Below are positions 1-11,295 of a stretch of DNA of 64,000 bases, piece by piece. The notes below the pieces were generated by a model, which was not told the origin of the DNA, made no database searches, and was given only the letters and a program-made list of their open reading frames with translations. How positions within the stretch are numbered: the first letter of the stretch is position 1; each line of letters starts with the position of its first letter. Both the position numbers and the translations under genes were made by a program. This DNA comes from Trichosphaerium sp. ATCC 40318 (lineage: Eukaryota > Protista > Tubulinea): positions 186,001 through 250,000 of the forward strand of contig JALMLS010000056.1 of the NCBI GenBank assembly GCA_038496445.1, in the 5' to 3' direction.

Positions 1-1502
1 TTGTAATCACCTATTACAGTATTTAAGATAAAACCAATGTCAGAGAACTTAGTCATACCTTTTGAGATATGAGACAATTCCATCTCAATTTTAGTAATAT
101 CTCTAGTTGAGCTTGTTGTCCCAGCAGATTTTTCTTCAAACCTGTAAAACCTGAACTGACCCTTAGCGTCAAAATGAACCAAATCATCATCTTCAAGATA
201 CATAACCTCCCTATCATCATAACAATAAGAATCAAACAAAAAATCAAGTTCAAAAACGTACTTGGTGTGTTCTACAATTGCATTTGTATCAGAAGCAATA
301 AAGTACTCAACTTTTGATAATCTTAAAACTATGTTAGTCACGTGAAATACAATAAAATAACACGTGCTTCGTTGCCATGAGAGCTACCAAAGTGCTTGGA
401 TTATTATGATGACGAGGAACGCCACCTGTTGGTGTAACACGACCAGAATCTTTGTCTGCTTGAAAGATAACATCAACACCATCCTAAAAAAAAATCATCA
501 GAAGAAAAATCTACAACGCTAAGCGAAACCGTACCGATTGAGATAAGTCAACCTTTGTTTTGATGCCGAATGTCAATGGACTTGCAAATAGCGTTAATAT
601 CAACTACAGAGCATGATATGAATGTTGTTACCTTCCACGTCTAACAGCAACGAGTTCTCCAGGGTAGTGAATGCTCTTGAAGATAAAAGCGAAAGCACCT
701 TTTACTGAATTGGCTACTTTACGTATAATTTGTTTAAAAGAAGGTTTATCGCCGTCTTTAGATAGTTGGCGATAAAAATAAAGTGCCAGTTTTGCTGCAA
801 CTTCGGTATCAGTTTCTGACTCGTAGTGAAGGTAATCATCGCCCTCTTTTCTCTAGAGCGTCTATTAGTAACAGTTTAAAACACACCATAAAATTTTGAG
901 TAGAATTCGTAGTTTTCGGGTGGCGTACCAAAACGTCCTTTAAAACTGTGTAATTAGTGATAATACCGTTGTGTATGCATACAAACTCGTTTTTGTCATT
1001 CGAGCGGTGAGGGTGGCAGTTTATTTTAGAAACCTTTTTGTAGAGTTAGCACTTGGTGTTTTGGAAGTGTAGGTAGCGATAAATTTGACGAATAATAAAA
1101 CGACACGGTAAATAATGTCTTATGCACGAACCTCCCCGTGAGTGGCCCAACGCGTGTGTGCGATGCCTGTGTGGTTGTCTAGCTTCTTAGTAATGTCCAA
1201 TAGTGTTTGTTCGTTCACTAGCTCACAAAGCTTCGCCACGTTGCCTGTTTGCTTGAATAGCGTAATAGCTTGATCAACGTCACTAAGTAAGGGTATTAGG
1301 AGTCATGAGAGTAACTAGAATTGGTACCTATCAACCGCAACGCCAGCAGAGTCATATCCGCGATACTCAAGGCGTTTGAGGCCCGCCAGCAAGATCTTTA
1401 GAATCTCTTCCTTAGATTTTGGGGTATTGTAATTTAAGTACGCAAATATGCCTAGGGTAGTGTGATTAGAGTAAATTATCGCTTGAACGACTTACCACAC
1501 AT
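1..1502 (-). CDS. GFPT1: Glutamine:fructose-6-phosphate aminotransferase (GFAT), multi-exon, 3' end runs off the window
   Basis: Spliced N-terminus [10 protein letters not shown]...[17 protein letters not shown] (catalytic Cys2). Also [36 protein letters not shown] and RRGSPLLLGI motifs of the glutaminase domain. Confidence 0.95.
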
Positions 1503-2090
1503 GTTATCGGAAGTTTTTGGAGTATTGAACCCCAAACTCGCGTAGGGTTTTGCCACTCAAAAACTTGCTGAGTCAGACGTCTGTCGCTTGGTAGTGATGA
1601 CTCTGCAATGTATAATTTCGGTGCAACGTAATTTGGATACAGCTAAAAAAGACCATAAAGGACTAAGAGTTGTACACCAACTGTAGTGTCGGTCAAGTGC
1701 ACGTGAAAAAAAACTGCACCTATTCTTGGTAGATATTTTGCCAGAACAAATGATGAGGTCATACACAATCTGGATACAAATAAAATTTGACATAGGTGGT
1801 CACCTCCAATGAAACGTATCTTGCCCATTCTGGTTTATATTTGTTGTTGGTCGCTGAGCTCGTGCTTTCTTGAACATAGGTTAGCAAATAAATGAATACA
1901 TACGTATCAATGCTCTACTAGGCGGCATTTAAAGTATTGTTTTATAAGTTCCTCACAAGAAGCCAGAGATGCTTTTGAGTAAGCCAATCAAAGAAACTGT
2001 TTGTAACTTGTCCTAGGACTGTCTTCAAACCAATTGTAGACAAATATAACGCAACAATTCCTCTAGATTGCCCTTTTCACCCTAAAAACG

Positions 2091-2704
2091 ATGTCTTCCG
2101 AATTGTATAGTCACTGCAAGTAGACCAATCTAATGTATTTAGTTTGAAGACTTAAAATCTTTTAACGGAATAACGCGTACCTGGAACTGTGGTGCGTGTG
2201 GAGCTAGTTTCAAAACAGAAGAAGAATTAAACAGCCACTTAAAAAAAGAACACGTGGACATGCTACCAGAGGTATTGAATATTAATGTAAACTTGCAGCA
2301 AAATTCAATTAACAAACTAGTATAATTGCAGTTGTATGGACACGTTTTGTCCAATGTTTCGATGTGAAGCTACACATAAACGATTGACATCCATGCCATG
2401 TAACAAAGCACAAATCCAACGACAGAAAGCAACGTGCTCGAAAGTTGTAGAATTATGTGCCTTGAAAGAAACAAGAAAAGAAACCATAAAAGTAAAACGT
2501 ATGTGTAAACAGCTCAACAACAAGTTCGCTGATAGTTCTATAGTTGCATTAAGAAGAATATTTTGCCAGCCATTCAGATGCGAAGGACTGAAAATTTCAA
2601 ACAAATATACTCTATTTGACAATCCAAATCATGTAAAGCCACTGCAATGTATTAATCCGTTTTACGGAGGTCATAACTTCATCCGACACTATAGCACCCA
2701 ATAA
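2091..2704 (+). CDS. Small C2H2 zinc-finger protein (about 3 exons)
   Basis: Exon ~2143-2271 encodes WNCGACGASFKTEEELNSHLKKEH (CxxC-x12-HxxxxH) and splices in frame into ORF 2336-2704. The start ATG at 2091 is inferred. Confidence 0.6.
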
Positions 2705-2789
2705 AGACAAATACATATCCTTTGTTCTCTGCGTAAATAACCAAAACCAGCAGTTGAAAAAATGAAGATTTTAATTTACAGAGTTACAT

Positions 2790-3980
2790 TCACTTTTTCT
2801 TGGATTTAGCCTTGATACTATTAGCTAACCATTGTAGGCCTTCTTCTAACCCATCCCCTACAATGACATTAGATATAATTGGAAAAGCCCAATTTAGGTA
2901 GTTAACGCACCAGATATAGCACAAGCTGGTTGTACATGCCATTGTCTATCACTAAGAGCACTCAAATTGAATTTCTCTACCAATTCAGCAGAACTTAGGG
3001 CATCTGGTAAATCTACGTGAATCTGTAAGCCAACAAAGAGCGATACGAAAAAAAACTACCAATGACACTTTTTTTGAAATGCAAAAATTTTCGATCATTT
3101 TGTTGCCGATGTATTTCTTACCTTGCTTATTTGCAAGAACCATAACTGGTACGCCTATTAAGTCGTCTTCTTTTAACATACGCGTTAATTCGCTAGCAGA
3201 GTCATCTACACGAAGCCTATCGCTCGAATCTACAACGTAGACAAGGCCTAAAGGAGGTTAAGCAATAAAGAAATGAAATATAAAGCAAAACTTTGATAGA
3301 AAAATAGGAACAAAATTATATGATTAGTAAAAGAAAAAAGACAAAAAAGTCTTTTCAGTGTCCGAAGCGGCACGAACAAATGTAAATGGTTTTTTTTTAG
3401 TCTAGCGGTATGTTTTTTCCATGTGTGAATGCTGTGGAAACGTCACTTTCGCGATATTGATCTATTGCGCGATCAAGTAAAGCGCCACGAGCAAACTAGA
3501 AAAAAAAGTTGGGTATAAACCTTGTACCTGCGGTGTTTTTGTAGTAGTGACGCCATAAGTTTCTAATTGACTCCTATAGGTGATTCAGATGAGTAAAACA
3601 TACAAGCAAAAGGTCGCAAAAATAAAAATGCAGCTGGCTTTTTACCTGTCCACCTACATTTACAAGTTAGTGCTAATGGCGAATATATAGGGTAGTACCG
3701 ATATCCCACACGGTGAATGTCAAGGTTTTGAAGTTAACCCGCTCCACTGCAACACATTAATGACGTGTTACCATAAGATGTAAAAGTACCATTGAAACCA
3801 AGCGTTGGTGTCGTTTTTACTACTTTGCCAAGTTTGAGCTTAAAAAGTGTTGTTGTTTTGCCTAACGTAATCGTCAACACAACCACAGAGGTTATACCAC
3901 TTACCAGCGGCATCAAGACCAAGCATCAGTATTCTTAGATCTTTATGTTTAGAAAGGGCCTTGAACGGTTTGTTTCCCAT
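2790..3980 (-). CDS. ARF/ARL-family small GTPase
   Basis: MGNKPF (myristoylation Gly2), ILMLGLDAAGKTT, PTLGFNVE, WDIGGQESIRNLWRHYY, VVDSSD, LANKQDLP, CAISGDGLEEGLQWL. Confidence 0.93.
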
Positions 3981-4402
3981 ATTTGCGGCTGTGCTTTGTT
4001 TATCTCAAAGGAGGTAATTTTATCAACTTCGCTTAAGCAGATTGTATAAGCTCCTGCCTCAAATCGGAGGCGTAGGTACAAAGGAAACACTTGATAGATA
4101 ATATACAGTGCAAGTTTTAGAATTTTCCAATTGTATTGGTGTGTTGTTATTTTAGGATAGTTTCGTGTGACACACGACTCTTACGTTGTACTCAGCTTGT
4201 ACGTGCAGTGTCGGAGTAATTACAGTTTTCTCGGTTATCGCTTCTTTTGTACGATGCTTTTACCATCAAACGATGTCCTTTGACGCTTTTAAAAAAATAC
4301 GTAACAACCCTAACAACAAACGAGCGCGTCTCCGTTTTGAAATAGGTAATATCGTAATTGCAGAAAATTGTCAACCATTTTGAATACAAAAATACCTCCG
4401 GA

Positions 4403-5221
4403 TCATAGTGGTTTAAACAAAGCTCCAATTAGACCTCTTCCGGTCCAAGGTTGTGGAGTAATTGAAAGCTTCTCTACTTTATTATCCTGACCACGTATCA
4501 CTGTCATTTCTACTGGCTTATTTTCAGAGTGTTTAACAACTGTAGCGAGCGCTCTTAAATTATCGTGGTTTGCAGCGTTCACTGATCCAAAAGAAGATAG
4601 TCTGTCGCCAACCAATAGCCCAGCAGTCTCAGCAGGCGAAGTTTTGTCAACGCGGGCGATTCTACAAAATGGTACAGTGTACTGTGTCGTTTGTTCCTAT
4701 GACGTTTTTACTTTTTTGGGCCGAGTCAAAAAAAGGCTGTACGTACGTTTGTGGCGACGGATGAAGGCGCCCTTTCGCTTGTAGCTGTTTTAATTTCTTC
4801 TGGTGTGCTAGTCGTAGGTTTTGGTGCGTTTTTATGAAGATCATACAAGCCTTGTTCAATTTCCTTCATCATTTTTAAGTGATCGTTTTGCTTGCCTGTG
4901 GGGCATATCAGCGCGTTGATAAATGAATTTATGTACGTTTGAGCAAGTTTCGTGCGTCTCTGACAGCAAGAATCTTTTCAACATCAGGTATTGGAAATCC
5001 TTCGTCGTCAACCAACCCACCTACGAGTCCAGGGTTTCCAGGAGCATTTAGATAATCCTGATAACAAATTACAAACAAATCGCTTATAAACGTATGACAT
5101 GTTAAATATAATGCGCAACGCGTACGGTAAGTGCCACAATCTCTTCTTCTACTTCATCTTTCTTTTTTATTAACTCTCGTAGTTCGTCACGCGTTATAGA
5201 TTTACTTGAGGTGCTTGCCAT
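4403..5221 (-). CDS. PSMD9: 26S proteasome assembly chaperone p27/Nas2 (coiled coil + PDZ)
   Basis: LIKKKDEVEEEI...GLVGGLVDDEGFP; C-terminal PDZ GLLVGDRLSSFGSVN...ITPQPWTGRGLIG. Confidence 0.9.
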
Positions 5222-5360
5222 GTCGTTTAAACGGAAAATGTACCAAAAACAAAAAATAACGTGTCAAAATCCCTCGCGTGGAATCCAAATAGAATTGACA
5301 CGAAAATCAGTATTATGCTAATTTATTGTACAAGTGTTGGTGGTATTATTGCTTGGTAAG

Positions 5361-6935
5361 CTAAAAATTTCCATTTGAACCAAATGTTGGCAAAGACCTG
5401 TCAATTTGAGCTGTAGGAAAACATAAGTATAAACCGTCTTACCACTTTTGCGTACGTGGAGGAGCGCCTTGTATAAGACCTAAACGCCAAAATTCATCGA
5501 CATAAGTTTGTAAAGAAGCGAACAATCGCCGCAGTTGTACAAATTTTCCTTTGTAGAATAGATATGCCAAAATAATCAATACCAGTGTCAGAGTTCCTCC
5601 CACAAATTTGTTGCCCTTGAAAAAGTATTAGATTGGTATTAGTGAACAAAGCAATGTAGTTCATGTGATATCTCACGTACCGATGCAACATGTTTAACGT
5701 CCGCATAAAACCTTGACATAACAGAGCGCCGTGGCACAATGCTTGTTTCTGCGTGACCTTCAATTGCTGTGCTTCCCACGCTCGCAGCTAGATTAGCCGT
5801 GTACCCAGTGAATGTATTATAGGCATAACCACAGTAGTGCTGTAATTGCGACAATAGTGAATCCCGCTTACTTGGCAGAGGTGTATCGCTCTTACGGCGT
5901 GGCTGCGCTTTAGTAGCAGACAAATCTGGCTGTGTAGACTCAACAGTTTGAGGTGTATTTCTTAATCCCAGTTGCTCTTTGGCTTTTTCTTCCTTCTCTT
6001 TTTTTATATCCAAAACTTTACTCTGAAGAGACTACAAAAAAACACGTTAAAAGACTGACATGCTTTGATGTATGTACTTCATGTATTGTTTTCTCTACGT
6101 GCAATGCAACATCTAATCCGCGTAAAACATCCATGGCTGCATCTACCTTATTACATGGGATGTATACGCGGAAAATTAACATTTCTAGTAAGTCTGCATA
6201 TTGCTTTTTTGTAATTTTGTTACGCTTGTAGAGTTCCTCACTCATTGTTTTACCAGTGTAAAACGTAGATGCCACTCTGTGACCACTACAAAACCCATCT
6301 GCTGGCGGCAAAGCAACATTGTACTTTGGGCAATTGCCATCAATGCGCTTCATGCAATGTACAATAAGAGACTGAGCGTCGTCATAAAACTTGACTGAAT
6401 CATCTACCATGAATCGAACGCTATTGTTTACGCTGAGAGGGTATTTGGAGACGGTAGAATCAAACGTACCAAAGAACTAAAATATTGTACGGTACGTTAT
6501 CCACTGTGCCGTAGAACTGTGGCAGGAAGTCACAAAGTTCGGTAAACCTCTTCATTTCAAAAAGAATTTGTATCCAACTCCCAATGAGCGGTACTGATGC
6601 TGAGTATGCTATCTCGGCGTTTTTTGGTTGCTGTGTAAAGAAATTAGCGTTTTCGTTCTGTTTGAAAACGGTTTAATAGTTTAATCGTTTTGTAGCTAGA
6701 GGAATTGATATTACATACGTCACCGCTCAGGTGGTTAGAATCAACCACTTGGTGTTTCCTAAAGCCATTTCGTTTATCGCCTTGTATACCACTCTGGTGC
6801 GTAATGTTGGCCAATTCTGCCTTACACTCATTGTATGCTACATCAATATGAGCATTATGACTATAAACGTTTCCTACCTTCCGCAAAGCGACGCAAAAGC
6901 AACAAATCGTTTACTTTATCTAATGTAGATTGCAT
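5361..6935 (-). CDS. Tail-anchored protein, PEX26/Pex15/APEM9-like peroxin candidate
   Basis: Spliced: MQSTLDKVNDLLLLRRFAEAYNEC...WIQILFEMKRFTELCDFLPQFYGTVDNVPYNILVLC...YADLLEMLIFRVYIP, then a C-terminal TM (GTLTLVLIILAYLFY) and a basic tail with DEFWRLG. Resembles PEX26/APEM9 as recalled. Confidence 0.6.
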
Positions 6936-7021
6936 TTATTTACTTCAATTCACCCAGCATGCTGTAAAGGTAATTTCTGGTTTTGGCTCGCTTAAGTTAT
7001 CATTGAACCCATCAAAACAAC

Positions 7022-8941
7022 ATGAGCATTGTCCCTGTACATGCTGTTAACAGCGAGGATGATCCTCTATTGGTTAGAGAGGACCCAGACGAGTAGGTTA
7101 CCAAACTGTCAAATCTAAAGAGCCAATTTAGAGTGCTGTGGCCCCTTGAGTTTACTACAACGCCCGATAATGACATTTTACCCGATGAAATCCTGTTCAA
7201 TATTTTTGGACTTTTGGACAAGAAAGACTTGGCAACTACTACTAATGTATCAAAACACTGGTACCTTTTCATTCTTTTCACTGTTACAAACATTAAATTT
7301 AACAGGTTTAACGTTGGTGGAGATAAGCGCCTGTGGTCTCGTCATTTCGGAAAATCAAGGCGCCAGAAGGTGTCTGAAGGGCGTGCGAAGTATAGGCGAC
7401 GAAAACGGCAAGAACGTATAAGACACATACAATACGCCCTTGATGATACATTTAAGACACGTGGAGCGCATTTGGTGTACACGTCGTGCTCTGTATTATT
7501 TACCTAAATATTTGCTCAGGTTCGCTGATTTGCTGATTTACGTTGTAATTGTTGGAATTCTGTGTGGCATTGCGTACGCATTCGCGCTGTTAGGATGGGG
7601 AGGTACGTCAATAAAACAACTTTTATGAACAAACACGTGACTTTTAGTGTCAATGATAATATCTATTGGCTTAACAGCTATTGTATTTACTTTTGGAATG
7701 ATTCTAATTCATATGATCGAAACTGGGGTGCGTTTTTTGGACAAAACCCAAAAGTAGAAAAAGAATGCTGTTTACAAATTGTTTAAGATATCTTTTACAG
7801 AGTTGTATATCTGCTTCATGCTCAATTTGGGTTATCCTCTTGCATATTGCTATGATCGCAGTGTTTTGTTGGCTTGTTGGTAGCGGTTTAAAAGCGAAGG
7901 ATCACTTGAATGGTACGACTGACGTTACACGCAGTATTGGTCCATTGATGTATATTTAGCCATAAGTGAAACTAATGTAACACTGCCCCAAATTTCTCAG
8001 CTGCCCGATGACAAGTATGCCTACTTTCTCGAAAACAATGGAACTTACGAGATAGACTTGGAGGGGATGTTTTCTGGTTATATTCTAAAGTTTACAGGTA
8101 CAACAACAAAAGCGCAATCAAGCTAATTATTTGGTAGAGGGAAACTCTTTTAAATTGCAATTTGTAACAATTGTTGTTGTACCTATCAACTTCAATTCTA
8201 CTGTTCACGCTGTTTTCGTAACTACTTGCACGGATACTAGTAGTCAAAATATTCCAAATTTCTATGTTACGCGTTGTAAGGTATGTCATTAACAAGAAGT
8301 TTTCCAAGAGGTCAGCTGCCGTGGTTAGACGACATCTGACATGGCTAGTAAAAACAACATCAAGTGTCGCGCTAGAGTCACTAGACATTGATGTCTTCCC
8401 TCCCAAACCTTGTCTAGTTAAAGTGAATTGCGAATGAGTAGTAGGATTGAGAAAAGATAGGTTCTAACTCTTTTCTTTAGAATAACTTTAAGGATCAATT
8501 ACTGTATTTGAAGTTTAATGTTACTGAACCGCAATTTGCAACTAAGTATGGCCTACCTGGTGAATATGGAGCCTTCAGAAGAACACCGAAGGTACTCTTA
8601 AGGCTCTAGATTTTACTAATATCACAAGGTTTCGGATAGAACAGATGAGGTATCTGAAAAACTTTTTGCCGAGCTTACAAACCATGGCTTGTCAATCAAC
8701 AATATCTCTCTAATCTCTGTGCGTAAAGTATCAAATAAGCTATCTAACAATGTAATAAGCCAACGAATTATGATGAGTGGTATGACAACAACCTTTCTGA
8801 TAAGAAAGGTTGGGCTATGTGGACGATGATGTAAGTTTTCCTTTTCTGCTCTCGCTGATTATTTTTAGCGTGGTCTTTGTTTCTGCTTTTATTGGATTCA
8901 TATCCACTTTGTTGGTGCATTGTACTATCGACATTGACTGA
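7022..8941 (+). CDS. F-box protein with multiple predicted transmembrane segments
   Basis: F-box ILPDEILFNIFGLLDKKDLATTTNVSKHW, followed by several hydrophobic exons (e.g. LLIYVVIVGILCGIAYAFALL; IWVILLHIAMIAVFCWLV) and a C-terminal TM (FLLSLIIFSVVFVSAFIGFISTLLV). Confidence 0.7.
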
Positions 8942-9207
8942 TAATATTGGTACCAGTCGAGCATGCAGATCTGGAAACTACTTTTTCTACAACAATTTGT
9001 TGTACTTTCCCTGGCGTGTACTCCAATAAAGACACTCGCTTTTTTCACTCGTTGTAAACAAACTTGAAGTCACTGCGTTGGATATTCTAGCACGAGCACA
9101 TCTGCGTCAGGTGTCAAAAAAAATACAAAATACAAAGTCAAATAAGTGTTGCACTTTAAGCCATCTCAGGTCACTGTGTAAACTGTATTTCGCTAAAGCA
9201 ATTCAAC

Positions 9208-9465
9208 ATGTCGAAACGCGGTGGTCCAGATCTCAGAAGGCTCATGGACAGGAGAATGACCATCAAATTAAATGGAAACAGAACAATTGTTGGTGTCCTT
9301 CGTGGTTTTGATCAATTTATGAACCTTGTAATCGATAATACCATCGAAGTAGTCAGCGAGAACGAAAAAAACGAGATTGGTATGGTTGTAGTGCGCGGAA
9401 ACAGTGTAGTAATGATTGAACCTCTCGAGCGCCTTGCGCCTCCTCCACCACTCAGGAAGTTTTAA
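9208..9465 (+). CDS. SNRPG: Small nuclear ribonucleoprotein G (SmG), intronless
   Basis: Sm1/Sm2 motifs LNGNRTIVGVLRGFDQFMNLVID and IGMVVVRGNSVVMIE. Confidence 0.93.
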   Translation: MSKRGGPDLRRLMDRRMTIKLNGNRTIVGVLRGFDQFMNLVIDNTIEVVSENEKNEIGMVVVRGNSVVMIEPLERLAPPPPLRKF

Positions 9466-9999
9466 TGTGGCGAAAGTATGCTCGTACCCTCTGTTGCGCT
9501 TACTAAAACGCTACTAGGTGCCATTCAAGTATTTTGGGGGTGAACAGTAACAACTTACGCAATAGCGCTTCCAACTCTTGTATAAATATGCTTATAAAAG
9601 TAGCTAATTTACTACAGAACAAGATTTGCGTTTTCTTTGTGAGAGGTAATTTATTTTGAGCAATGCATCGATGATCGCACCGTAATCGCTCAAAAAGGAG
9701 CACCACCAAACACGCAATACGCCAGGGCGAAAAAATCGCTTTGCGATGTCAAATTATTTTTCGGTTAACAATCAAACAACTCTAGCTATAGTGCGTGTAG
9801 GGTAGTAAATTTTTATTCTAACAGTGCGTTTTGAACTACCAAATTGCAGCAAAACTGTAACAACTCTTTTCTGCGCTCAATGTGCTAAAATCATAAATAT
9901 CTGCAATGGATTGGTGGTGACGCGTAGAGTCCTTTTTTTAAAACTCGTAAAGTAATTATTCATTATATTTTTTGTTGTTTTTTTTTGGGATTTGCTAGA

Positions 10000-11166
10000 C
10001 TACCATAAATCTTGCATCAAGTCACGCTCGAACAATGAAAGTTTACCATAACTTGGGTCAACACCTGAAAAACCTAGTTAGATACATTGTAAAATTGTTG
10101 TAATAACTTACCTTTAAACGGTGTTTCGCCCTCAAATTTAAACTCGTCAAACTTGACACTTGTCACTTCTTTGAAACCCAAGCTCATAAGAATACTTGCT
10201 GATGTTTCATTACTAGCTTCAGCGACCATGTGTTGGTAATTGTTGTCGGTTGCCAACTAATGCAAAACAATCAGTACGCCTAACATCGAAAATAACAAAT
10301 TACCTTTACAGTGTGCGTCCACAAATTGCGTACAATACCCTATTGCTACCGGTTAGCAAAAATTATTTATTGTTAAAGCCTTTTACCTGGCGTCTGGAAT
10401 CTGGCCTACAACATGTGAAGTACAACGGATGGATGACTGTTCCTTTATGTTGGTTAGGCTTGTAGAATTCTAAAAAATTACAAATTCCTTGTTGTACCTC
10501 TATCAATACGCGGTTTTTTGCCTTTGTATTTGGTATGTAGAAGACGGAACATGGCACGAGCTGGCCTCCATGCTGACAATGAAGAATACGACTCTGGTGG
10601 TCGCTCTTTCCAGTCCTAAAGTTTTTTAACTGGATTTGTAACAGATTGAATTATTACCTCGCTAATCATGACTCCTTCGATGCGGTTACGCTCAGTGTTG
10701 ACTGCCACCATGCTTAGATTGTCTGTCGATACTGCAGCTCTGAAATTGATTTAGCTATTGAATGTAGTGGCTAAAACGAGGTACCTGTGCACGAATCCAT
10801 TGCTGACAATACCTATTTCGAATATTTAGCGTAAAGGCGTTAAATAAGATTAAAATAGACGACTAGGCTTATTGTGATGTTTTCGTTACGTTAACGCGTA
10901 CCCCACTCAGTCCTGCTATAATCAAAAGCTATTGTGAAAGGGTCCGTAGGCTTTTCGTTTTCAACCTCGCCAAAGCTATCTGCGATACAGTCTAGCGCTT
11001 TGCCAACCTTTGGCCTGTCGAGGAGCTCGTATGTGATGTGTGGGTTCTTTTTGTCCTGGACTTTGAAATCTACTAGGCTGTATCTCCGCTTCGCTGCTGT
11101 AGTACGTGCAGTCTTTGTTTTGGAGGTAATGGCTGCCGCTCTCGTAGAAAGCTTTACCGCGAACAT
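10000..11166 (-). CDS. GNAT-family N-acetyltransferase (AANAT-like) with predicted mitochondrial presequence
   Basis: Start MFAVKLSTRAAAITSKTKTARTTAAKRRYS (Arg/Lys/Thr-rich, no acidic residues). ALDCIADSF...DPF; motif A CRPDSRRQGI; VAEASNETSASILMSLGF...FDEFKFEGETPF. Confidence 0.7.
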
Positions 11167-11295
11167 TTGGTTTATCTCGTAGAGCAAGTGATGTAAACAA
11201 GCGCCAACTGAGTTGAACTGACAATTTTGTTGGCGTCTTAACCGACCTAAGCCATAACGTTTTAATACCCATGTGCAAGCATCAAATACTTCAGT

